Source: Eledone cirrhosa
Lineage: Eukaryota
Assembly: GCA_964016885.1 (NCBI GenBank)
Contig: OZ024758.1
Span: 37,448,001 to 37,512,000, forward strand
Reading direction: 5' to 3'
DNA length: 64,000 bases
The translations under genes were made by a program, and so were the position numbers. A model generated the notes under the pieces. That model saw only the letters and a program-made list of their open reading frames with translations. It made no database searches and was not told the DNA's origin. Below are positions 52,801-64,000 of this stretch, piece after piece. Every line of letters begins with the position of its first letter. The stretch's first letter is position 1.

Positions 52801-55800
52801 AGTTCATGGTATTAGCTGTCAGAAGTAACTCCACTGTTGGTGAGAATTCATTTAAGTTCATGGTACTAGCTGTCAGAAGTAACTCCACTGTTGGTGAGAA
52901 TTCATTTAAGTTCATGGTATTAGTTTGTCGGAAGTAACTCCACTGATGGTGAGAATTCATTTAAGTCATGGTATTAGTTGTCAGAAGTAACTCCAATGTT
53001 GGTGAGAATTCATTTAAGTTCATGGTACTAGCTGTCAGAAGTAACTCCACTGTTGGTGAGAATTCATTTAAGTCATGGTATTAGCTGTCAGAAGTAACTC
53101 CAATGTTGGTGAGAATTCATTTAAGTTCATGGTATTAGCTGTCAGAAGTCACTCCACTGTTGGTGAGAATTCATTTAAGTTCATGGTACTAGCTGTCAGA
53201 AGTAACCCCAATGTTGGTGAGAATTCATTTAAGTTCATGGTATTAGCTGTCAGAAGTCACTCCAATGTTGGTGAGAATTCATTTAAGTTCATGGTATTAG
53301 CTGTCAGAAGTAACTCCACTGTTGGTGAGAATTCATTTAAGTTCATGGTATTAGCTGTCAGAAGTAACTCCACTGTTGGTGAGAATTCATTTAAGTTCAT
53401 GGTATTAGCTGTCAGAAGTAACTCCACTGTTGGTGAGAATTCATTTAAGTTCATGGCATTAGCTGTCAGAAGGAACTCCAATGTTGGTGAGAATTCATTT
53501 AAGTCATGGTACTAGCTGTCAGAAGTAACTCCACTGTTGGTGAGAATTCATTTAGGTTCATGGTATTAGCTGACAGAAGGAACGCCACTGTTGGTGAGAA
53601 TTCATTTAAGTTCATGGTATTAGCTGTCAGAAGTAACTCCACTGTTGGTGAGAATTCATTTAAGTTCATGGTACTAGCTGTCAGAAGTAACTCCAATGTT
53701 GGTGAGAATTCATTTAAGTTCATGGTATTAGCTGTCAGAAGGAACTCCACTGTTGCTGAGAATTCATTTAAGTTCATGGTATTAGCTGTCAGAAGTAACT
53801 CCACTGTTGGTGAGAATTCATTTAAGTTCATGGTACTAGCTGTCAGAAGTAACTCCACTGTTGGTGAGAATTCATTTAAGTTCATGGTATTAGCTGTCAG
53901 AAGTCACTCCAATGTTGCTGAGAATTCATTTAAGTTCATGGTATTAGCTGTCAGAAGTCACTCCACTGTTGGTGAGAATTCATTTAAGTTCATGGTACTA
54001 GCTGTCCGAAGTAACCCCAATGTTGGTGAGAATTCATTTAAGTTCATGGTATTAGCTGTCAGAAGTCACTCCAATGTTGGTGAGAATTCATTTAAGTTCA
54101 TGGTATTAGCTGTCAGAAGTAACTCCACTGTTGGTGAGAATTCATTTAAGTTCATGGTATTAGCTGTCAGAAGTAACTCCACTGTTGGTGAGAATTCATT
54201 TAAGTTCATGGTATTAGCTGTCAGAAGGAACTCCACTGTTGGTGAGAATTCATTTAAGTTCATGGTACTAGCTGTCAGAAGTAACTCCACTGTTGGTGAG
54301 AATTCATTTAAGTTCATGGTATTAGTTTGTCAGAAGTAACTCCACTGTTGGTGAGAATTCATTTAAGTTCATGGTATTAGCTGTCAGAAGGAACTCCACT
54401 GTTGGTGAGAATTCATTTAAGTTCATGGTATTAGCTGTCAGAAGTAACGCCACAGTTGGTGAGAATTCATTTAAGTTCATGGTACTAGCTGTCAGAAGTA
54501 ACTCCAATGTTGGTGAGAATTCATTTAAGTTTATGGTATTAGCTGTCAGAAGGAACTCCACTGTTGCTGAGAATTCATTTAAGTTCATGGTATTAGCTGT
54601 CAGAAGTAACTCCACTGTTGGTGAGAATTCATTTAAGTTCATGGTACTAGCTGTCAGAAGTAACTCCACTGTTGGTGAGAATTCATTTAAGTTCATGGTA
54701 TTAGCTGTCAGAAGTCACTCCAATGTTGGTGAGAATTCATTTAAGTTCATGGTATCAGCTGTCAGAAGTCACTCCACTGTTGGTGAGAATTCATTTAAGT
54801 TCATGGTACTAGCTGTCCGAAGTAACCCCAATGTTGGTGAGAATTCATTTAAGTTCATGGTATTAGCTGTCAGAAGTCACTCCAATGTTGGTGAGAATTC
54901 ATTTAAGTTCATGGTATTAGCTGTCAGAAGTAACTCCACTGTTGGTGAGAATTCATTTAAGTTCATGGTATTAGCTGTCAGAAGTAACTCCACTGTTGGT
55001 GAGAATTCATTTAAGTTCATGGTATTAGCTGTCAGAAGGAACTCCACTGTTGGTGAGAATTCATTTAAGTTCATGGTACTAGCTGTCAGAAGTAACTCCA
55101 CTGTTGGTGAGAATTCATTTAAGTTCATGGTATTAGTTTGTCAGAAGTAACTCCACTGTTGGTGAGAATTCATTTAAGTTCATGGTATTAGCTGTCAGAA
55201 GGAACTCCACTGTTGGTGAGAATTCATTTAAGTTCATGGTATTAGCTGTCAGAAGTAACGCCACAGTTGGTGAGAATTCATTTAAGTTCATGGTATTAGC
55301 TGTCAGAAGTAACTCCACTGTTGGTGAGAGTTCATTTAAGTTCATGGTACTAGCTGTCAGAAGTAACTCCACTGTTGGTGAGAATTCATTTAAGTTCATG
55401 GTATTAGTTTGTCAGAAGTAACTCCACTGTTGGTGAGAATTCATTTAAGTCATGGTATTAGTTGTCAGATGTAACTCCAATGTTGGTGAGAATTCATTTA
55501 AGTTCATGGTATTAGCTGTCAGAAGGAACTCCACTGTTGGTGAGAATTCATTTAAGTTCATGGTATTAGCTGTCAGAAGGAACTCCAATGTTGGTGAGAA
55601 TTCATTTAAGTCATGGTACTAGCTGTCAGAAGTAACTCCACTGTTGGTGAGAATTCATTTAAGTTCATGGTATTAGCTGTCAGAAGGAACTCCACTGTTG
55701 GTGAGAATTCATTTAAGTTCATGGTACTAGCTGTCAGAAGTAACTCCACTGTTGGTGAGAATTCATTTAAGTTCATGGTATTAGTTTGTCAGAAGTAACT

Positions 55801-58800
55801 CCACTGTTGGTGAGAATTCATTTAAGTCATGGTATTAGTTGTCAGAAGTAACTCCAATGTTGGTGAGAATTCATTTAAGCCATGGTACCAGCTGTCAGAA
55901 GTAACTCCACTGTTGGTGAGAATTCATTTAAGTTCATGGTATTAGCTGACAGAAGGAACGCCACTGTTGGTGAGAATTCATTTAAGTTCATGGTATTAGC
56001 TGTCAGAAGTAACTCCACTGTTGGTGAGAATTCATTTAAGTTCATGGTACTAGCTGTCAGAAGTAACTCCACTGTTGGTGAGAATTCATTTAAGTTCATG
56101 GTATTAGTTTGTCAGAAGTAACTCCACTGATGGTGAGAATTCATTTAAGTCATGGTATTAGTTGTCAGAAGTAACTCCAATGTTGGTGAGAATTCATTTA
56201 AGTTCATGGTACTAGCTGTCAGAAGTAACTCCACTGTTGGTGAGAATTCATTTAAGTCATGGTATTAGCTGTCAGAAGTAACTCCAATGTTGGTGAGAAT
56301 TCATTTAAGTTCATGGTATTAGCTGTCAGAAGTAACTCCGCTGTTGGTGAGAATTCATTTAAGTTCATGGTATTAGCTGTCAGAAGTAACTCCACTGTTG
56401 GTGAGAATTCATTTAGGTTCATGGTATTAGCTGTCAGAAGTAACTCCACTGTTGGTGAGAATTCATTTAAGTTCATGGTATTAGCTGTCAGAAGGAACTC
56501 CAATGTTGGTGAGAATTCATTTAAGTCATGGTACTAGCTGTCAGAAGTAACTCCACTGTTGGTGAGAATTCATTTAAGTTCATGGTATTAGCTGTCAGAA
56601 GGAACGCCACTGTTGGTGAGAATTCATTTAAGTTCATGGTATTAGCTGTCAGAAGGAACTCCACTGTTGCTGAGAATTCATTTAAGTTCATGGTATTAGC
56701 TCTCAGAAGTAACTCCACTGTTGGTGAGAATTCATTTAAGTTCATGGTATTAGCTGTCAGAAGTCACTCCAATGTTGGTGAGAATTCATTTAGATTCATG
56801 GTATTAGCTGTCAGAAGTCACTCCACTGTTGGTGAGAATTCATTTAAGTTCATGGTATTAGCTGTCAGAAGTAACTCCACTGTTGGTGAGAATTCATTTA
56901 AGTTCATGGTACTAGTTGTCAGAAGTAACTCCACTGTTGGTGAGAATTCATTTATGTCATGGTATTAGCTGTCAGAAGTAACTCCACTGTTGGTGAGAAT
57001 TCATTTATGTTCATGGTATTAGTTTGTCAGAAGTAACTCCACTGTTGGTGAGAATTCATTTAAGTTCATGGTACTAGCTGTCAGAAGTAACTCCACTGTT
57101 GGTGAGAATTCATTTAAGTTCATGGTATTAGCTGTCAGAAGTAACTCCAATGTTGGTGAGAATTTATTTAAGTTCATGGTATTAGCTGTCAGAAGTCACT
57201 CCACTGTTGGTGAGAATTCATTTAAGTTCATGGTACTAGCTGTCAGAAGTAACCCCAATGTTGGTGAGAATTCATTTAAGTTCATGGTATTAGCTGTCAG
57301 AAGTCACTCCAATGTTGGTGAGAATTCATTTAAGTTCATGGTATTAGCTGTCAGAAGTAACTCCACTGTTGGTGAGAATTCATTTAAGTTCATGGTATTA
57401 GCTGTCAGAAGTAACTCCACAGTTGGTGAGAATTCATTTAAGTTCATGGTATTAGCTGTCAGAAGTAACTCCACTGTTGGTGAGAATTCATTTAAGTTCA
57501 TGGTATTAGCTGTTAGATGGAACTCCAATGTTGGTGAGAATTCATTTAAGTCATGGTACTAGCTGTCAGAAGTAACTCCACTGTTGGTGAGAATTCATTT
57601 AAGTTCATGGTATTAGCTGTCAGAAGTCACTCCACTGTTGGTGAGAATTCATTTAAGTTCATGGTACTAGCTGTCAGAAGTAACTCCAACGTTGGTGAGA
57701 ATTCATTTAAGTTCATGGTATTAGCTGTCAGAAGTCACTCCAATGTTGGTGAGAATTCATTTAAGTTCATGGTATTAGCTGTCAGAAGTAACTCCACTGT
57801 TGGTGAGAATTCATTTAAGTTCATGGTATTAGCTGTCAGAAGTAACTCCACTGTTGGTGAGAATTCATTTAAGTTCATGGTATTAGCTGTCAGAAGGAAC
57901 TCCAATGTTGGTGAGAATTCATTTAAGTTCATGGTACTAGCTGTCAGAAGTAACTCCACTGTTGGTGAGAATTCATTTAAGTTCATGGTACTAGCTGTCA
58001 GAAGTAACTCCACTGTTGGTGAGAATTCATTTAAGTTCATGGTATTAGTTTGTCAGAAGTAACTCCACTGATGGTGAGAATTCATTTAAGTCATGGTATT
58101 AGTTGTCAGAAGTAACTCCACTGTTGGTGAGAATTCATTTAAGTCATGGTATTAGCTGTCAGAAGTAACTCCAATGTTGGTGAGAATTCATTTAAGTTCA
58201 TGGTATTAGCTGTCAGAAGTCACTCCAATGTTGGTGAGAATTCATTTAAGTTCATGGTATTAGCTGTCAGAAGTAACTCCACTGTTGGTGAGAATTCATT
58301 TAAGTTCATGGTATTAGCTGTCAGAAGTAACTCCACTGTTGGTGAGAATTCATTTAAGTTCATGGTATTAGCTGTCAGAAGTAACTCCACTGTTGGTGAG
58401 AATTCATTTAAGTTCATGGTATTAGCTGTCAGAAGGAACTCCAATGTTGGTGAGAATTCATTTAAGTCATGGTACTAGCTGTCAGAAGTAACTCCACTGT
58501 TGGTGAGAATTCATTTAAGTTCATGGTATTAGCTGACAGAAGGAACGCCACTGTTGGTGAGAATTCATTTAAGTTCATGGTATTAGCTGTCAGAAGTAAC
58601 TCCACTGTTGGTGAGAATTCATTTAAGTTCATGGTACTAGCTGTCAGAAGTAACTCCAATGTTGGTGAGAATTCATTTAAGTTCATGGTATTAGCTGTCA
58701 GAAGGAACTCCACTGTTGCTGAGAATTCATTTAAGTTCATGGTATTAGCTGTCAGAAGTAACTCCACTGTTGGTGAGAATTCATTTAAGTTCATGGTATT

Positions 58801-59000
58801 AGCTGTCAGAAGTCACTCCAATGTTGGTGAGAATTCATTTAAGTTCATGGCATTAGCTGTCAGAAGTCACTCCACTGTTGGTGAGAATTCATTTAAGTTC
58901 ATGGTACTAGCTGTCCGAAGTAACCCCAACGTTGGTGAGAATTCATTTAAGTTCATGGTATTAGCTGTCAGAAGTCACTCCAATGTTGGTGAGAATTCAT
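43900..59000. repeat. About 7-kb higher-order duplication (first copy lengthened by the nested 1404-bp duplication)
   Basis: 46443->53506 and 47308->54371 are +7063. 48441->55613, 48710->55882, 49356->56528 and 49896->57068 are +7172. 50651->57553 is +6902 (five-monomer loss). 44770->53075 is +8305, with TTTGTCGGAAG shared at about 44619 and 52924. Confidence 0.85.
44890..47690. repeat. Near-perfect tandem duplication, period 1404 bp (26 monomers)
   Basis: 45039->46443, 45855->47259 and 45904->47308 are all +1404 (26x54). Both copies carry GTATTAACTG (about 46123 and 47527), AAGTTTATGG (about 46060 and 47464) and ATGGCATTAG (about 44986 and 46390). Confidence 0.9.
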
Positions 59001-62000
59001 TTAAGTCATGGTACTAGCTGTCAGAAGTAACTCCACTGTTGGTGAGAATTCATTTAAGTTCATGGTATTAGCTGTCAGAAGGAACTCCACTGTTGGTGAG
59101 AATTCATTTAAGTTCATGGTACTAGCTGTCAGAAGTAACTCCAATGTTGGTGAGAATTCATTTAAGTTCATGGTATTAGCTGTCAGAAGTCACTCCAATG
59201 TTGGTGAGAATTCATTTAAGTTCATGGTATTAGCTGTCAGAAGTAACTCCACTGTTGGTGAGAATTCATTTAAGTTCATGGTATTAGCTGTCAGAAGTAA
59301 CTCCACTGTTGGTGAGAATTCATTTAAGTTCATGGTATTAGCTGTCAGAAGTAACTCCACTGTTGGTGAGAATTCATTTAAGTTCATGGTATTAGCTGTC
59401 AGAAGGAACTCCAATGTTGGTGAGAATTCATTTAAGTCATGGTACTAGCTGTCAGAAGTAACTCCACTGTTGGTGAGAATTCATTTAAGTTCATGGTATT
59501 AGCTGACAGAAGGAACGCCACTGTTGGTGAGAATTCATTTAAGTTCATGGTATTAGCTGTCAGAAGTAACTCCACTGTTGGTGAGAATTCATTTAAGTTC
59601 ATGGTACTAGCTGTCAGAAGTAACTCCAATGTTGGTGAGAATTCATTTAAGTTCATGGTATTAGCTGTCAGAAGGAACTCCACTGTTGCTGAGAATTCAT
59701 TTAAGTTCATGGTATTAGCTGTCAGAAGTAACTCCACTGTTGGTGAGAATTCATTTAAGTTCATGGTATTAGCTGTCAGAAGTCACTCCAATGTTGGTGA
59801 GAATTCATTTAAGTTCATGGCATTAGCTGTCAGAAGTCACTCCACTGTTGGTGAGAATTCATTTAAGTTCATGGTACTAGCTGTCCGAAGTAACCCCAAC
59901 GTTGGTGAGAATTCATTTAAGTTCATGGTATTAGCTGTCAGAAGGAACTCCAATGTTGGTGAGAATTCATTTAAGTCATGGTACTAGCTGTCAGAAGTAA
60001 CTCCACTGTTGGTGAGAATTCATTTAAGTTCATGGTATTAGCTGTCAGAAGGAACTCCACTGTTGGTGAGAATTCATTTAAGTTCATGGTACTAGCTGTC
60101 AGAAGTAACTCCACTGTTGGTGAGAATTCATTTAAGTTCATGGTATTAGTTTGTCAGAAGTAACTCCACTGTTGGTGAGAATTCATTTAAGTCATGGTAT
60201 TAGTTGTCAGAAGTAACTCCAATGTTGGTGAGAATTCATTTAAGCCATGGTACCAGCTGTCAGAAGTAACTCCACTGTTGGTGAGAATTCATTTAAGTTC
60301 ATGGTATTAGCTGACAGAAGGAACGCCACTGTTGGTGAGAATTCATTTAAGTTCATGGTATTAGCTGTCAGAAGTAACTCCACTGTTGGTGAGAATTCAT
60401 TTAAGTTCATGGTACTAGCTGTCAGAAGTAACTCCACTGTTGGTGAGAATTCATTTAAGTTCATGGTATTAGTTTGTCAGAAGTAACTCCACTGATGGTG
60501 AGAATTCATTTAAGTCATGGTATTAGTTGTCAGAAGTAACTCCAATGTTGGTGAGAATTCATTTAAGTTCATGGTACTAGCTGTCAGAAGTAACTCCACT
60601 GTTGGTGAGAATTCATTTAAGTCATGGTATTAGCTGTCAGAAGTAACTCCAATGTTGGTGAGAATTCATTTAAGTTCATGGTATTAGCTGTCAGAAGTAA
60701 CTCCGCTGTTGGTGAGAATTCATTTAAGTTCATGGTATTAGCTGTCAGAAGTAACTCCACTGTTGGTGAGAATTCATTTAGGTTCATGGTATTAGCTGTC
60801 AGAAGTAACTCCACTGTTGGTGAGAATTCATTTAAGTTCATGGTATTAGCTGTCAGAAGGAACTCCAATGTTGGTGAGAATTCATTTAAGTCATGGTACT
60901 AGCTGTCAGAAGTAACTCCACTGTTGGTGAGAATTCATTTAAGTTCATGGTATTAGCTGTCAGAAGGAACGCCACTGTTGGTGAGAATTCATTTAAGTTC
61001 ATGGTATTAGCTGTCAGAAGGAACTCCACTGTTGCTGAGAATTCATTTAAGTTCATGGTATTAGCTCTCAGAAGTAACTCCACTGTTGGTGAGAATTCAT
61101 TTAAGTTCATGGTATTAGCTGTCAGAAGTCACTCCAATGTTGGTGAGAATTCATTTAGATTCATGGTATTAGCTGTCAGAAGTCACTCCACTGTTGGTGA
61201 GAATTCATTTAAGTTCATGGTATTAGCTGTCAGAAGTAACTCCACTGTTGGTGAGAATTCATTTAAGTTCATGGTACTAGTTGTCAGAAGTAACTCCACT
61301 GTTGGTGAGAATTCATTTATGTCATGGTATTAGCTGTCAGAAGTAACTCCACTGTTGGTGAGAATTCATTTATGTTCATGGTATTAGTTTGTCAGAAGTA
61401 ACTCCACTGTTGGTGAGAATTCATTTAAGTTCATGGTACTAGCTGTCAGAAGTAACTCCACTGTTGGTGAGAATTCATTTAAGTTCATGGTATTAGCTGT
61501 CAGAAGTAACTCCAATGTTGGTGAGAATTTATTTAAGTTCATGGTATTAGCTGTCAGAAGTCACTCCACTGTTGGTGAGAATTCATTTAAGTTCATGGTA
61601 CTAGCTGTCAGAAGTAACCCCAATGTTGGTGAGAATTCATTTAAGTTCATGGTATTAGCTGTCAGAAGTCACTCCAATGTTGGTGAGAATTCATTTAAGT
61701 TCATGGTATTAGCTGTCAGAAGTAACTCCACTGTTGGTGAGAATTCATTTAAGTTCATGGTATTAGCTGTCAGAAGTAACTCCACAGTTGGTGAGAATTC
61801 ATTTAAGTTCATGGTATTAGCTGTCAGAAGTAACTCCACTGTTGGTGAGAATTCATTTAAGTTCATGGTATTAGCTGTTAGATGGAACTCCAATGTTGGT
61901 GAGAATTCATTTAAGTCATGGTACTAGCTGTCAGAAGTAACTCCACTGTTGGTGAGAATTCATTTAAGTTCATGGTATTAGCTGTCAGAAGTCACTCCAC

Positions 62001-63350
62001 TGTTGGTGAGAATTCATTTAAGTTCATGGTACTAGCTGTCAGAAGTAACTCCAACGTTGGTGAGAATTCATTTAAGTTCATGGTATTAGCTGTCAGAAGT
62101 CACTCCAATGTTGGTGAGAATTCATTTAAGTTCATGGTATTAGCTGTCAGAAGTAACTCCACTGTTGGTGAGAATTCATTTAAGTTCATGGTATTAGCTG
62201 TCAGAAGTAACTCCACTGTTGGTGAGAATTCATTTAAGTTCATGGTATTAGCTGTCAGAAGGAACTCCAATGTTGGTGAGAATTCATTTAAGTTCATGGT
62301 ACTAGCTGTCAGAAGTAACTCCACTGTTGGTGAGAATTCATTTAAGTTCATGGTACTAGCTGTCAGAAGTAACTCCACTGTTGGTGAGAATTCATTTAAG
62401 TTCATGGTATTAGTTTGTCAGAAGTAACTCCACTGATGGTGAGAATTCATTTAAGTCATGGTATTAGTTGTCAGAAGTAACTCCACTGTTGGTGAGAATT
62501 CATTTAAGTCATGGTATTAGCTGTCAGAAGTAACTCCAATGTTGGTGAGAATTCATTTAAGTTCATGGTATTAGCTGTCAGAAGTCACTCCAATGTTGGT
62601 GAGAATTCATTTAAGTTCATGGTATTAGCTGTCAGAAGTAACTCCACTGTTGGTGAGAATTCATTTAAGTTCATGGTATTAGCTGTCAGAAGTAACTCCA
62701 CTGTTGGTGAGAATTCATTTAAGTTCATGGTATTAGCTGTCAGAAGTAACTCCACTGTTGGTGAGAATTCATTTAAGTTCATGGTATTAGCTGTCAGAAG
62801 GAACTCCAATGTTGGTGAGAATTCATTTAAGTCATGGTACTAGCTGTCAGAAGTAACTCCACTGTTGGTGAGAATTCATTTAAGTTCATGGTATTAGCTG
62901 ACAGAAGGAACGCCACTGTTGGTGAGAATTCATTTAAGTTCATGGTATTAGCTGTCAGAAGTAACTCCACTGTTGGTGAGAATTCATTTAAGTTCATGGT
63001 ACTAGCTGTCAGAAGTAACTCCAATGTTGGTGAGAATTCATTTAAGTTCATGGTATTAGCTGTCAGAAGGAACTCCACTGTTGCTGAGAATTCATTTAAG
63101 TTCATGGTATTAGCTGTCAGAAGTAACTCCACTGTTGGTGAGAATTCATTTAAGTTCATGGTATTAGCTGTCAGAAGTCACTCCAATGTTGGTGAGAATT
63201 CATTTAAGTTCATGGCATTAGCTGTCAGAAGTCACTCCACTGTTGGTGAGAATTCATTTAAGTTCATGGTACTAGCTGTCCGAAGTAACCCCAACGTTGG
63301 TGAGAATTCATTTAAGTTCATGGTATTAGCTGTCAGAAGTCACTCCAATG
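55600..63350. repeat. Duplication with 4365-bp offset (81 monomers) containing a nested 970-bp (18-monomer) duplication
   Basis: Eight ORF landmarks are offset by 4365 (55613->59978 through 58469->62834). TTTAGATTC is shared at about 56789 and 61154. The nested pair 58220->59190 and 58469->59439 is +970. Confidence 0.9.
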
Positions 63351-64000
63351 TTGGTGAGAATTCATTTAAGTTCATGGTATTAGCTGTCAGAAGTAACTCC
63401 ACTGTTGGTGAGAATTCATTTAAGTTCATGGTATTAGCTGTCAGAAGTAACTCCACTGTTGGTGAGAATTCATTTAAGTTCATGGTATTAGCTGTCAGAA
63501 GGAACTCCACTGTTGGTGAGAATTCATTTAAGTTCATGGTACTAGCTGTCAGAAGTAACTCCACTGTTGGTGAGAATTCATTTAAGTTCATGGTATTAGT
63601 TTGTCAGAAGTAACTCCACTGTTGGTGAGAATTCATTTAAGTCATGGTATTAGTTGTCAGAAGTAACTCCAATGTTGGTGAGAATTCATTTAAGCCATGG
63701 TACTAGCTGTCAGAAGTAACTCCAATGTTGGTGAGAATTCATTTAAGTTCATGGTATTAGCTGTCAGAAGGAACTCCACTGTTGGTGAGAATTCATTTAA
63801 GTTCATGGTATTAGCTGTCAGAAGTAACTCCACTGTTGGTGAGAATTCATTTAAGTTCATGGTACTAGCTGTCAGAAGTAACTCCAATGTTGGTGAGAAT
63901 TCATTTAAGTTCATGGTATTAGCTGTCAGAAGTAACTCCACTGTTGGTGAGAGTTCATTTAAGTCATGGTATTAGCTGTCAGAAGTAACTCCAATGTTGG

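Larger units (their letters stand above)
1..64000. repeat. 54-bp tandem satellite array (about 1,190 head-to-tail monomers, EcoRI site per monomer), running off both window ends
   Basis: The consensus ATGGTATTAGCTGTCAGAAGTAACTCCACTGTTGGTGAGAATTCATTTAAGTTC recurs every 53-55 bp from base 1 to 64000. Common variants are TATTAG/TACTAG, AGTAAC/AGGAAC/AGTCAC/ACGAAC, CCACTG/CCAATG, AAGTTC/AAGTC/AAGCC and TAGCTG/TAGTTG/TAGTTTG. Every listed ORF is an 18-aa periodic translation of this unit. Confidence 0.99.

Noticed and set aside
1-64000. The many listed ORFs as protein-coding genes or one giant repeat protein
   Set aside because: All are translations of the 54-bp unit. They are broken by frameshifting indels every few hundred bases, have no unique N- or C-terminal domain, and are open on both strands.
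1-64000. CRISPR array
   Set aside because: There are no unique spacers; the full 54 bp is repeated, and no cas genes or leader are present.
1-64000. Variable-cassette or diversity-generating system encoded in monomer variant order
   Set aside because: The variant order is explained by nested tandem duplication and local exchange. No recombinase, reverse transcriptase, expression site or unique flank is present.
1-64000. Telomeric repeat, rDNA, tRNA or snRNA tandem array, or CENP-B-box alpha-like satellite
   Set aside because: I saw no TTAGGG-type tracts, no recognisable structural RNA or Pol III box pattern, and no TTCG...CGGG CENP-B box.
1-64000. Transposon insertion, inversion or other non-satellite island
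   Set aside because: None seen on reading through the window. The monomer phase and orientation are continuous, and the ORF track shows no foreign peptide. A very short insert could have been missed by eye.

Overview
The whole 64 kb window is one uninterrupted, head-to-tail, single-orientation array of a 54-bp satellite (about 1,190 monomers). The consensus is ATGGTATTAGCTGTCAGAAGTAACTCCACTGTTGGTGAGAATTCATTTAAGTTC (37% GC, no CpG, one EcoRI site per monomer). Monomers usually differ from consensus at 0-4 positions, drawn from a small recurring set of substitutions and two 1-bp indel sites. I saw no unique sequence, gene, RNA gene, transposon, CRISPR spacer or inversion. The ORF track is a by-product of a monomer length divisible by 3 with one stop-free frame on each strand. 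The real structure is the order of monomer variants. It shows nested, in-register tandem duplications with periods of about 0.75, 0.8, 1.0, 1.4, 1.6, 2.5-3.3, 4.4, 4.9-5.3 and 7.1-8.4 kb, conserved multi-monomer cassettes, recombinant monomers, and a left-to-right turnover of diagnostic variants. This resembles a recently expanded eukaryotic heterochromatic or (peri)centromeric satellite. I do not recognise the family or organism, and the sequence does not support a novel gene system.
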